A model generated the notes under the pieces. The model had not been told where the DNA came from and ran no database searches. It saw nothing but the letters and a program-made list of their open reading frames with translations. Shown piece by piece: positions 55,803 through 64,000 of a DNA stretch of 64,000 nt; positions within the stretch are counted from its first letter, which is position 1, and each line of letters starts with the position of its first letter. The translations under genes and the position numbers were made by a program. This DNA comes from Ignavibacteriaceae bacterium (lineage in GTDB: Bacteria; Bacteroidota; Ignavibacteria; Ignavibacteriales; Ignavibacteriaceae). Location of the stretch: NCBI GenBank assembly GCA_023229425.1, contig JALNZG010000006.1, forward strand, positions 117,130-181,129, in the 5' to 3' direction.

Positions 55803-57841
55803 GAAAAAATTTGAAAGATATCATCGAACATAAGGAACATCACTTACATCTGGATAATATTTTATCCGAAGGAACAAAAAACGGATTACCAAAAATCGTT
55901 CTAGCGGGAAATCCGAATGTCGGGAAGTCACTTTTCTTTAATTATCTCAGCGGAACTTATGTTGATGTCTCGAACTTTCCCGGAACAACGGTCTCGATAA
56001 CAAAAGCGCTTTACAAAAATTCTGAAGTATATGATACACCCGGTGTATATGGTGTTTCGTCTTTTAACGACGAAGAAAAAGTTGCCCGTGATATTATTCT
56101 TGAAGCAGACATCGTTATTAATATAGTTAATGCACTTCATCTTGAAAGAGATTTGTTCCTAACTCTTCAATTGATTGATATGGGAAAAAAAATCTCTGTT
56201 TTTCTAAATTTTAATGATGAATTAAAAAAAAGAAAGATATTAATTGATCCAAAGAAACTTTCTGAACTGCTTGGTGTACCCGTATATGAAGCCTCAGCCG
56301 TAAAGAAAATGGGATTTGAAAAACTTGACGAAGCAATTGCAGATGCAAAAGTCGGGATACAGCCGGACGCATTGCATCACGTATTGCATGAAACTTTAAA
56401 CCGGGTGGGATCCCAAGCTGAAGCGCTGTTAATTATCGAGGGAGATGAAATCATTGCGGAAAGGCACAGCGTCCCTTGCGGTTCCGGTGATGAACGGGAA
56501 ATTATTTATATCGAACGAAGAAACCGTGTGAATGAAATTGTTTCAACGGTCGAACGTGAAGATTCTTCAAGAGGACTTTTCTTTAATGCGTTAGGAAAAT
56601 ATTCGCTAAATCCGGTTACGGGAATTCCAATTTTACTTGTGATGCTTACGGTTCTTTATTTTTTTATCGGAGATTTTGTTTCGCAAAGAGTTGTAAACTT
56701 TACTGAAAAAACGATCGGCAAAAAATATTTTGAGTATTATCTGAAATCCTATGTGGCAAATTATACTCCTTCAGAAATTTCGGTTATCATAAAGGATGAG
56801 GAAGACCCAGCGAAAAGATTAAGAGTTTATTCTTTTAAAGAAAATTTGAACGAGGATCAAAAAGTAAAACAAGAATTTAAGCATGTTTCACGAGATGAAA
56901 ATGCGGTTGTTGATTTTAAATTTTCTAATTTGATCGCAAAACTTTTATTTGGAGAATTCGGCATAATCAGCATGACGATTACCTATCTGTTGTTTCTTCT
57001 TCTTCCGCTTGTTGCCGCATTTTATTTTGCGATGGCTTTGATGGAAGACAGCGGATATCTTCCGCGCCTGGCAACAATGCTTGATAGAATGATGAATAGA
57101 ATAGGACTGAACGGCAGAGCCGTCATCCCCATCATGCTCGGTTTCGGATGCGTTACCATGGCTACCATCACTACTCGCCTGCTCGGAAGCGAAAGAGAAA
57201 AAACCATCGCTACAGCAATTCTTATGTACGTTATTCCTTGTTCGGCACAACTTGCAGTAATTGCCGTACTGTTAAGCGGAGCCGGATTCCTTCCTATTCT
57301 CATTTATGTTTCCGTCATTTTTTCAACGCTTGTCGTTATATCTACAACTTTAAATAAATTCTTACCAGGGCAATCAACTCCTCTCTTAATTGATTTGCCG
57401 ATTATGCGTCTTCCAAAATTAGATAATGCCTTCAAAAAAACTTTTTTCAGAACATATGGATTTATGAAAGAAGCATCCGTTTGGTTTTTTGTAGGGGCAT
57501 TGTTTGTAGGCTTGTTGGATGTTACCGGTTTGTTAGTTCTCTTTCAAGATATTCTTGCGCCGATTACAACGCATTGGCTTAAGCTGCCAAAAGAAGCGGC
57601 GACTGCTTTTGTTATGGGTGTTGTAAGAAGAGATTTCGGGGCGGCTGGATTATTCGGTTTACATTTAATGCCGATGCAAATCACCGTTGCGCTTATAACT
57701 ATAACTTTATTTGTTCCTTGTATTGCAGCCTTTATTATCATGATTAAAGAGCGCGGAATGAAAGAAGGATTGATCATCTGGTTTAGTGCATGGATATTTG
57801 CGTTTTTAATCGGCGGAATTGTTGCTCAAATAATTATTTAA
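55799..57841 (+). CDS. feoB: ferrous iron transporter FeoB
   Basis: G-domain GNPNVGKS, FPGTTV, DTPG, followed by about 8 TM helices. The TTG start overlaps the feoA stop. Confidence 0.95.
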   Translation: MRKNLKDIIEHKEHHLHLDNILSEGTKNGLPKIVLAGNPNVGKSLFFNYLSGTYVDVSNFPGTTVSITKALYKNSEVYDTPGVYGVSSFNDEEKVARDIILEADIVINIVNALHLERDLFLTLQLIDMGKKISVFLNFNDELKKRKILIDPKKLSELLGVPVYEASAVKKMGFEKLDEAIADAKVGIQPDALHHVLHETLNRVGSQAEALLIIEGDEIIAERHSVPCGSGDEREIIYIERRNRVNEIVSTVEREDSSRGLFFNALGKYSLNPVTGIPILLVMLTVLYFFIGDFVSQRVVNFTEKTIGKKYFEYYLKSYVANYTPSEISVIIKDEEDPAKRLRVYSFKENLNEDQKVKQEFKHVSRDENAVVDFKFSNLIAKLLFGEFGIISMTITYLLFLLLPLVAAFYFAMALMEDSGYLPRLATMLDRMMNRIGLNGRAVIPIMLGFGCVTMATITTRLLGSEREKTIATAILMYVIPCSAQLAVIAVLLSGAGFLPILIYVSVIFSTLVVISTTLNKFLPGQSTPLLIDLPIMRLPKLDNAFKKTFFRTYGFMKEASVWFFVGALFVGLLDVTGLLVLFQDILAPITTHWLKLPKEAATAFVMGVVRRDFGAAGLFGLHLMPMQITVALITITLFVPCIAAFIIMIKERGMKEGLIIWFSAWIFAFLIGGIVAQIII

Positions 57842-57848
57842 TTTTATT

Positions 57849-58583
57849 ATGATGAAAAAGAAACTAAGAAATCCAACACCAAAATTTCCAATCGTTTGGA
57901 AGAAAAAAGATTTTTCAATTAAAATCTTTTGTTCAATCCCAAATATCGCAACCGGGATTTTACTCACTGCAGGCGAGAACCATTTTGTAATTGATCCGGG
58001 CGATGGAATTTTACGGGACTTGAGTAAAGAGCTTGGCGTGGAAAGTCTGAAAAATATTTGTAATATTTTCGTTACTCATGGGCACCATGACCATCTCGGC
58101 GGTGTTTGGTCCCTGCTTACGTATTTACGTGTAATGAATAAAACGTCTCCACTCAAAATTTATTATCCTTCCGGATGTATTGAGATAGAAAGTATTTATC
58201 ATGCTTTTACAAAAGTTTATTCACACAACCTTCCTTATAAAATTGAATTAAAGAAAATTAGCGAGGGGAAAAAAATCACTATTAAAAATGTTAAGGTTAA
58301 ACCGTTTGCCGTAATTCATAAAGAATATCTCTCGAACACAAAAGAAAAAAGAGCCGTACCCGCATTGGGTTTTCATTTCAAATACAATGGCAAAACCATT
58401 TGTTATGGCGGAGATACCGGCTATTGTGATTCGTTGGTAAAAGCGGCAAAGGGCGCTGATCTGGCAATTCTTGAAGCGGGACACGAAGATGCCGCATCCG
58501 ATGATATGCACATGACAATGGAAGAAGCACAATCAATCGGGAAATCTGCAAAGGAATTTGTTCTCGTCCATATCCCCGAATAA
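57849..58583 (+). CDS. MBL-fold metallo-hydrolase
   Basis: THGHHDHLGG motif and a later D/H ligand pattern. Confidence 0.8.
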   Translation: MMKKKLRNPTPKFPIVWKKKDFSIKIFCSIPNIATGILLTAGENHFVIDPGDGILRDLSKELGVESLKNICNIFVTHGHHDHLGGVWSLLTYLRVMNKTSPLKIYYPSGCIEIESIYHAFTKVYSHNLPYKIELKKISEGKKITIKNVKVKPFAVIHKEYLSNTKEKRAVPALGFHFKYNGKTICYGGDTGYCDSLVKAAKGADLAILEAGHEDAASDDMHMTMEEAQSIGKSAKEFVLVHIPE

Positions 58584-58651
58584 ATTTTTTCAGTTTTTCT
58601 TAGTAACTATTCTTATCTTTTAAACAATATTTAAAACTAATTTGGAGCTGT

Positions 58652-59680
58652 ATGAAATACTTTCTTTTTTTATTCATGACCGGAATTCTTTTTTGCCAAA
58701 CTTCCGATTCTCTCCGGTTTCCCGAAGAAAGACATTTTAAAAATATACGAATGCTTACACCGGAAGGCGAAAATGCCGAAGCATATCTTTCCTTTGATGA
58801 AAAAAAATTAATTTATCAATCTACTCACGGAAGCCTTCAATGCGATCAAATTTTTACTATGAATATTAACGGTAGTGATAAAAAACTTGTTTCAACAGGA
58901 AAAGGAAGAACGACTTGCTCTTATTTTCTTCCGGGAGATTCTTTAATTATTTATGCTTCAACTCATCTCGATAACGAAAACTGTCCTCCGCTGCCGGATA
59001 AATCGAAAGGTTATGTTTGGAAGTTGTATGAATCATTCGATATTTTTTCCGCAAAAACAGACGGCACAAATCTCAAAAGGTTAACTTCAACTTATGGTTA
59101 TGATGCCGAAGCTACCGTCTCTCCAAAAGGAGATAAAATAATCTTCACTTCAACTCGCGATGGGGACCCGGAGTTATATTTAATGGATTTTGACGGCTCA
59201 AATCAAACAAGACTTACATTTGAAAAAGGATATGACGGCGGCGCATTCTTCTCACTCGACGGATCGAAAATTGTGTTCCGTGCAAGTCGTCCGAAAACCG
59301 AGCATGAATTTGAAGACTATAACGACTTAGTTAAAAACGGTTACGTTCGTCCGACTGCATTAGAGATTTTTACAATGGATGCAGACGGAAAAAATATAAA
59401 ACAGATCACTCATCTTAATAAAGCAAGTTTTGCTCCTTTCTTTTCTCCGGACATGCATAAAATTATTTTCTCTTCCAACTCCGGAAGCAAAACCGGTAGA
59501 GATTTTAATTTGTTTATGATTAATGCTGATGGCACCGGTATAGAACAAATTACATTTTACGAATCGTTCGACGGATTCCCGATGTTTACAAGGAATGGGA
59601 AACATTTAATTTTTGCTTCAAACCGGTTCAACAAAAAAGAGGGCGATACAAATATTTTTATAGCAGATTGGATTGAATAA
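58652..59680 (+). CDS. PD40/TolB-like beta-propeller repeat protein
   Basis: Repeated ...SPKGDKIIFTSTRDG..ELY / SLDGSKIVF / SPDMHKIIFSSN / TRNGKHLIFASNR blades, plus a signal peptide. Confidence 0.75.
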   Translation: MKYFLFLFMTGILFCQTSDSLRFPEERHFKNIRMLTPEGENAEAYLSFDEKKLIYQSTHGSLQCDQIFTMNINGSDKKLVSTGKGRTTCSYFLPGDSLIIYASTHLDNENCPPLPDKSKGYVWKLYESFDIFSAKTDGTNLKRLTSTYGYDAEATVSPKGDKIIFTSTRDGDPELYLMDFDGSNQTRLTFEKGYDGGAFFSLDGSKIVFRASRPKTEHEFEDYNDLVKNGYVRPTALEIFTMDADGKNIKQITHLNKASFAPFFSPDMHKIIFSSNSGSKTGRDFNLFMINADGTGIEQITFYESFDGFPMFTRNGKHLIFASNRFNKKEGDTNIFIADWIE

Positions 59681-59698
59681 AATAAAAGGATCATTCAA

Positions 59699-61492
59699 AT
59701 GAAAAAAAACTTTTCGGTACTACTTGTTCTTTTTGCATGCAGTTTTCTTTCTCCCCAGGTTAAACAGCACGAGAGTGCTATTACTGCAAAAGAGATTATC
59801 GGTCACATTTCCTATCTTGCTTCGGATGCCATGAAAGGAAGAGCAAGCGGAAGTAAAGAAATTATTGTTGCCGCTAATTACATCAAAGATCAATTTAATT
59901 TATTCGGATTAAAACCGCTTTTTAAAAATTCTTTCTTTCAAGAATATTCTTTCATCTCCGATGTGAAAGCTTCCAAAAACAATTCTCTTTCTTTTAAGGT
60001 AAAAGGTAAAGAAATTAAATTGAAATATGGAAAAGATTTTGTGGCTACTCCCTTTTCCGGAACAAGTAAAAGCAAAGCGAAATTAGTTTTTGCCGGATAT
60101 GGAATTGCTGCCCCGAAATTGAATTATGATGATTACAAGAGCCTTGATGTGAAAGGGAAAATTGTTATTGTGATGAAAAATAATCCCGAATATGATAATC
60201 CGCATTCTGAATTTGATAAATTCTCCAGCTTACGGTTGAAAGCAACTCTCGCAAAAGAAAAAGGAGCTTTGGGAATTATTTTCGTTAACGGTCATCTGCC
60301 GAAAGATTCATCCGACGATCTGATAAAATTCAAATACGATAGAGCAGGCGGAGTTAAAAATTTTTCAGTCGTTCATGCTAAAAGAAATTTTATTGATAAA
60401 ATCTTTGAAGCTGAAAACCAAAATTTTGCTCAGCATCAAAAGATGATGAAAGATAGTAACAAAACCGCTTCATTTGAATTTGTAAAATCTTCAGCACAAT
60501 TAACAACTGAAATAAAAGAAGTTGAATCGAAAACTTTAAATGTTTGCGGTTATTTAGAAGGGACCGATCCAAAATTAAAAGATGAATTTCTCGTTATCGG
60601 CGCTCATTATGATCATTTGGGAATGGGGGGTGACGGATCTCTTTACAAAGGAACGGATGAGCAAATCCATAACGGTGCAGATGATAACGCTTCCGGCACA
60701 ACCGGAGTTCTTGAGCTCGCAGAAAAATTTGCTTCGCAAAAAGCGCAATTAAAGAGAAGTATTATTTTTGTAACTTTTTCAGGTGAAGAATTAGGACTGC
60801 TTGGTTCAAATTATTTTGTTAATAATCCTCCCGTTCCGGTAGAAAAAATGGTAACAATGCTTAACCTTGATATGATCGGAAGATTAAACACTGAAAATGC
60901 GCTCACTATTTACGGAACAGGAACTTCATCAAAGTGGAAAGATTTGCTTAACGAAAAAAACACAGCATCTTTTAAATTAGCGTTTAACGATGAAGGATTT
61001 GGACCAAGTGATCACTCATCCTTTTATGGAAAAGCCATTCCCGTGCTTTTCTTTTTCACCGGAGTTCATTCTGATTATCACCGTCCGGCTGACGATGCCG
61101 ATTTAATTAACTCGACCGGGGAAGAAAAAATTCTGAATTATGTTTTTGATGTTGCAAATGCTCTTGCCGTACAACCGGAAAAACCGGATTATATAAATGT
61201 TCCGAGAAAAGAACAAAGTTCAGGCGGATGGAAAGTTTACGTTGGAACGGTTCCTGATTATTCAAGTAATAGTGAAGGTTTTAAACTTTCCGGTGTAAGC
61301 CCGGGAAGTCCTGCAGAAAAAGCCGGATTAAAAGCCAATGATATTATGCTCAAGTTTGGCGATAAAAAAATTGAGAATATTTATGATTACGTTTATGCCC
61401 TGCAAGACCATGTTCCCGGTGATGTAGTTGAAGTTCAAGTTAAAAGAAATAATGAATTGCTTACAGTAAAAGTTACGCTCGGGGCAAAATAA
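59699..61492 (+). CDS. M28 family peptidase with PA domain and C-terminal PDZ domain
   Basis: HYDHLG, NGADDNASG, SGEELGLLGS, DMIG, and PDZ GVSPGSPAEKAGLKANDIML. Confidence 0.85.
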   Translation: MKKNFSVLLVLFACSFLSPQVKQHESAITAKEIIGHISYLASDAMKGRASGSKEIIVAANYIKDQFNLFGLKPLFKNSFFQEYSFISDVKASKNNSLSFKVKGKEIKLKYGKDFVATPFSGTSKSKAKLVFAGYGIAAPKLNYDDYKSLDVKGKIVIVMKNNPEYDNPHSEFDKFSSLRLKATLAKEKGALGIIFVNGHLPKDSSDDLIKFKYDRAGGVKNFSVVHAKRNFIDKIFEAENQNFAQHQKMMKDSNKTASFEFVKSSAQLTTEIKEVESKTLNVCGYLEGTDPKLKDEFLVIGAHYDHLGMGGDGSLYKGTDEQIHNGADDNASGTTGVLELAEKFASQKAQLKRSIIFVTFSGEELGLLGSNYFVNNPPVPVEKMVTMLNLDMIGRLNTENALTIYGTGTSSKWKDLLNEKNTASFKLAFNDEGFGPSDHSSFYGKAIPVLFFFTGVHSDYHRPADDADLINSTGEEKILNYVFDVANALAVQPEKPDYINVPRKEQSSGGWKVYVGTVPDYSSNSEGFKLSGVSPGSPAEKAGLKANDIMLKFGDKKIENIYDYVYALQDHVPGDVVEVQVKRNNELLTVKVTLGAK

Positions 61493-61506
61493 TTACTCGT
61501 TTCACG

Positions 61507-61547
61507 AAAGCGAAGATGATGCAGAAACTTCACTTCGCTTTTTTTTA
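61507..61547 (+). terminator. rho-independent terminator
   Basis: AAAGCGAAG-17 nt-CTTCGCTTT runs into a T9 tract, 15 nt after the stop. Confidence 0.75.
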
Positions 61548-61692
61548 TTTCGATTTTTTGCATTAGCAAAACATTGAATTGATTTAGCGCAACTTATCTG
61601 TTTCCGCGAAAGAATTATACCTCTTTTCCCCTAAGTTTTCTTAATTTCATTATAAGAAATTAAGAAATTATTATAACCCTCTTGGAACTCTA

Positions 61693-64000
61693 ATGAAAAA
61701 ACTTTTCATTTTAATTATGTCATTCTTTTTCGCAATGCAGTCATTCGGACAATACGCATCCATCTGGGATCAAGTACCGGGTAAAATTAAAGTGAAAAAA
61801 TCTTTTAAACGATTAGAATGGTTTTACCGGCAGCGGGCTTTCCCATTAGACACGATTCCACTAACAAATTATTTTAAGGAAAAAGAAAAACAAATTTCAG
61901 TTGATAAAATCTCTCTCTCAAAAAGTAAGGCTTTGGTTTCATGGTCTGCTATAGGACCAAAATCTATCACCTCCGGATGGCCTACCATTTGGGGGAATTT
62001 TAGCGGAAGGATTCGCGGTATAGCAATTCATCCGGCAGATCCAAATATTGTTTATATCGGTGCGGCTTCCGGTGGAATTTGGAAAACCACTAATGGAGGA
62101 ACCACGTGGCAGGATTTATCAAGTCAATTTGAACTTTTAACTTTTGGCGCAATAGCCATTGACCCGCAAAACCCCGAAACTGTTTACGCCGGAACAGGAG
62201 AATTGCTCGCCGGATGGGATATGAATACCTATTCCGGTGATGGCATTTATAAAACAACGGACGGAGGAAGCACCTGGGCGAAAACCAATCAAGGAATTGG
62301 AAGCTCAACTCACATTGCTGCAATTGCGGTCAGTCCGAATAATTCAAATATAATTCTAGCAGCATTAGCGAGCGGAAATTGGTTTAAAGGAGATATGTCA
62401 AACGAAGGAATTTGGAGAAGTAGCGACGCAGGCGTAACATGGACAAGAGTGAAATCTTTACAAGACCCGAATGAAATTGTTTTCCACCCTACTGATGTTA
62501 ACAGAGTTTATTTTTCTTGCGGCGGTGGTTATACAACTGCGGGAGTTTATTATTCAACTAACGCCGGTACAAACTGGATTCAATCTAATGCAGGCTTACC
62601 TGTTACTTCATCAATTATGCGAATACAAATTGCCCTTGCAAATTCTACTCCCTCAACTCTTTACTCATATATTTATACTACTGAAACTGATTTAATATCC
62701 AAAGCTTACAAATCCACTGATAATGGAACAAATTGGATTCAAATTTCCACTACAAAAAATCTTGGCGGAAGTTATGACGGTTCTACCTGGGATGACCAAG
62801 GTTGGTATGATCTAACTTTAGCAGTAAAACCTACTGATCCGAACTTTGTTTTGTTTGGAAATATAGAACTGCATAAAACAACGAACGGTTCGAGCATTAA
62901 TGTTGTGAGAAATGTGTCCGGTCCATTTAGCGGAACAACTGCATGGGACAGCCCCATGCATGTTGATTATCATAAAATTGTTTTTGCTCCGTCGAATTCT
63001 AATTATGTTTATACTGGTTCGGATGGCGGTATTTATAAATCCACAAACGGCGGAACTTCATGGTTTCATGTAAATAATTTGATTTCCACTCTTCAATTTT
63101 ATCGGCTTGCTTCTCATCCTACAAATGAAAATATTCTGCTTGGGGGGGCACAAGATAACGGCGTTTTCAGAACAACCAATAAAGGAACTTCGAGTTGGAG
63201 TTTTGTAAGTACAGGTGATGGAATGGAATGTTTCTATGATTACACTAACCCAAACATTGTTTACTACAGTACCCAGCAAGGAAGTCTCGTTAAATCTACT
63301 GATGGGGGAGTAAGTAACTGGAACGATATTACTCCTATTTGGGATGCAACTTCTGCTTGGACTACTCCATTTGCGATGCACGTAACCGATCATACTATTC
63401 TCTACACGGCTTCAAAAAGTTTTTGGAAATCCACAAACTCAGGTTCATTATGGACGAACATATCTCCTAATGCAGCAACTAAGACTATTATTTCTTTCGA
63501 TCAAAGTAAGGTAAACACCAACAACTTTATTTTTGTTGCAGGTGAATATTCAACTTCACCGCAAATTAAAATTTCAACCAATGGCGGTATAACATGGGTG
63601 GATAGAACTTCAAAAATTCCTACTCCCAATAATTATATTGCACGGGTTGTAACTGATCCGAATGATGCAAATACCGTTTATTTTGTCCGCTCCGGTTTTG
63701 GTGCGGGAAAAGTTTTTCGTTCAACTGATTTGGGTAACAATTGGACTAACATCAGCGGAAATTTGCCGGATGTACCTTGCAGTGATCTTTTTATTGATCC
63801 GGTGAACACTGCATACATGTATGTTGGAAATGATTTTGGCGTTTATTACACTACAAACAGCGGAACAAGCTGGAGCAGATTAGGAAACGGAATGCCTTAC
63901 GTTCCCGTTTTGGATTTCAGTTACTTTAATAATGGAATAAAAAGATTATTGCGCGCAGCTACACATGGTCGCTCCGCATTTGAAATTAATCTAAATGATA
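61693..64000 (+). CDS. BNR/Asp-box repeat (sialidase/VPS10-like beta-propeller) protein; 3' end runs off the window
   Basis: Not in the ORF track because it has no stop. The ATG at 61693 gives MKKLFILIMSFFFAMQSFGQ. Repeated S-x-D-x-G-x-T-W boxes (TNGGTTW, TDGGSTW, SDAGVTW, TDNGTNW, TNGGTSW, TNSGTSW). Open to nt 64000. Confidence 0.8.
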   Translation, partial: MKKLFILIMSFFFAMQSFGQYASIWDQVPGKIKVKKSFKRLEWFYRQRAFPLDTIPLTNYFKEKEKQISVDKISLSKSKALVSWSAIGPKSITSGWPTIWGNFSGRIRGIAIHPADPNIVYIGAASGGIWKTTNGGTTWQDLSSQFELLTFGAIAIDPQNPETVYAGTGELLAGWDMNTYSGDGIYKTTDGGSTWAKTNQGIGSSTHIAAIAVSPNNSNIILAALASGNWFKGDMSNEGIWRSSDAGVTWTRVKSLQDPNEIVFHPTDVNRVYFSCGGGYTTAGVYYSTNAGTNWIQSNAGLPVTSSIMRIQIALANSTPSTLYSYIYTTETDLISKAYKSTDNGTNWIQISTTKNLGGSYDGSTWDDQGWYDLTLAVKPTDPNFVLFGNIELHKTTNGSSINVVRNVSGPFSGTTAWDSPMHVDYHKIVFAPSNSNYVYTGSDGGIYKSTNGGTSWFHVNNLISTLQFYRLASHPTNENILLGGAQDNGVFRTTNKGTSSWSFVSTGDGMECFYDYTNPNIVYYSTQQGSLVKSTDGGVSNWNDITPIWDATSAWTTPFAMHVTDHTILYTASKSFWKSTNSGSLWTNISPNAATKTIISFDQSKVNTNNFIFVAGEYSTSPQIKISTNGGITWVDRTSKIPTPNNYIARVVTDPNDANTVYFVRSGFGAGKVFRSTDLGNNWTNISGNLPDVPCSDLFIDPVNTAYMYVGNDFGVYYTTNSGTSWSRLGNGMPYVPVLDFSYFNNGIKRLLRAATHGRSAFEINLND

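Overview
A low-GC (about 36-40% by eye) bacterial chromosomal segment. Type-A T9SS C-terminal sorting domains (NYPNPFNP...KKMxxLK), FISUMP domains and DUF4835/PorQ-like genes suggest an FCB-group organism, possibly Ignavibacteriota-like; this is inference only. Most of the window is housekeeping. It includes a long minus-strand string: M1 peptidase, def, fmt, CBS, cystathionine lyase, murB, tgt, yajC, ribBA. It also includes dcp, nfeD, fur-feoAB, peptidases, and a large two-component block with 2 histidine kinases and 3 receiver proteins. Two edge genes are missing from the ORF track because they run off the window: a NUDIX gene at 2..469 and a BNR/Asp-box protein at 61693..64000. No rRNA, tRNA or CRISPR array was seen. 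The accessory or unusual parts are as follows. (1) A 6-kb FISUMP island (27.9-33.9 kb) holds a C-lobe-only pseudokinase-TM-FISUMP protein, three orphan T9SS CTD tail fragments, an internal CTD, and A-depleted NNC-codon-rich segments that resemble DGR variable regions. No RT or TR is visible in the window. (2) An IS200/RAYT-like Y1 transposase is bracketed by directly repeated CCTC-GTA-GAGG hairpin arrays. (3) Heptamer arrays (AATTAGG) in consistent sense orientation are embedded in four stop codons, and small GC-rich palindromes recur in intergenic DNA. (4) An Spt / SDR reductase / GNAT-like cluster is compatible with bacterial ceramide or sulfonolipid synthesis. Next to it is a CitE-like gene broken at an A8 tract. 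(5) A RhuM / repeat-protein / HNH mini-island lies at 6.7-10 kb. (6) A roughly 100-nt leader-like element is duplicated upstream of two unrelated genes. All functional calls rest on motifs recognised by eye, and no database search was run.
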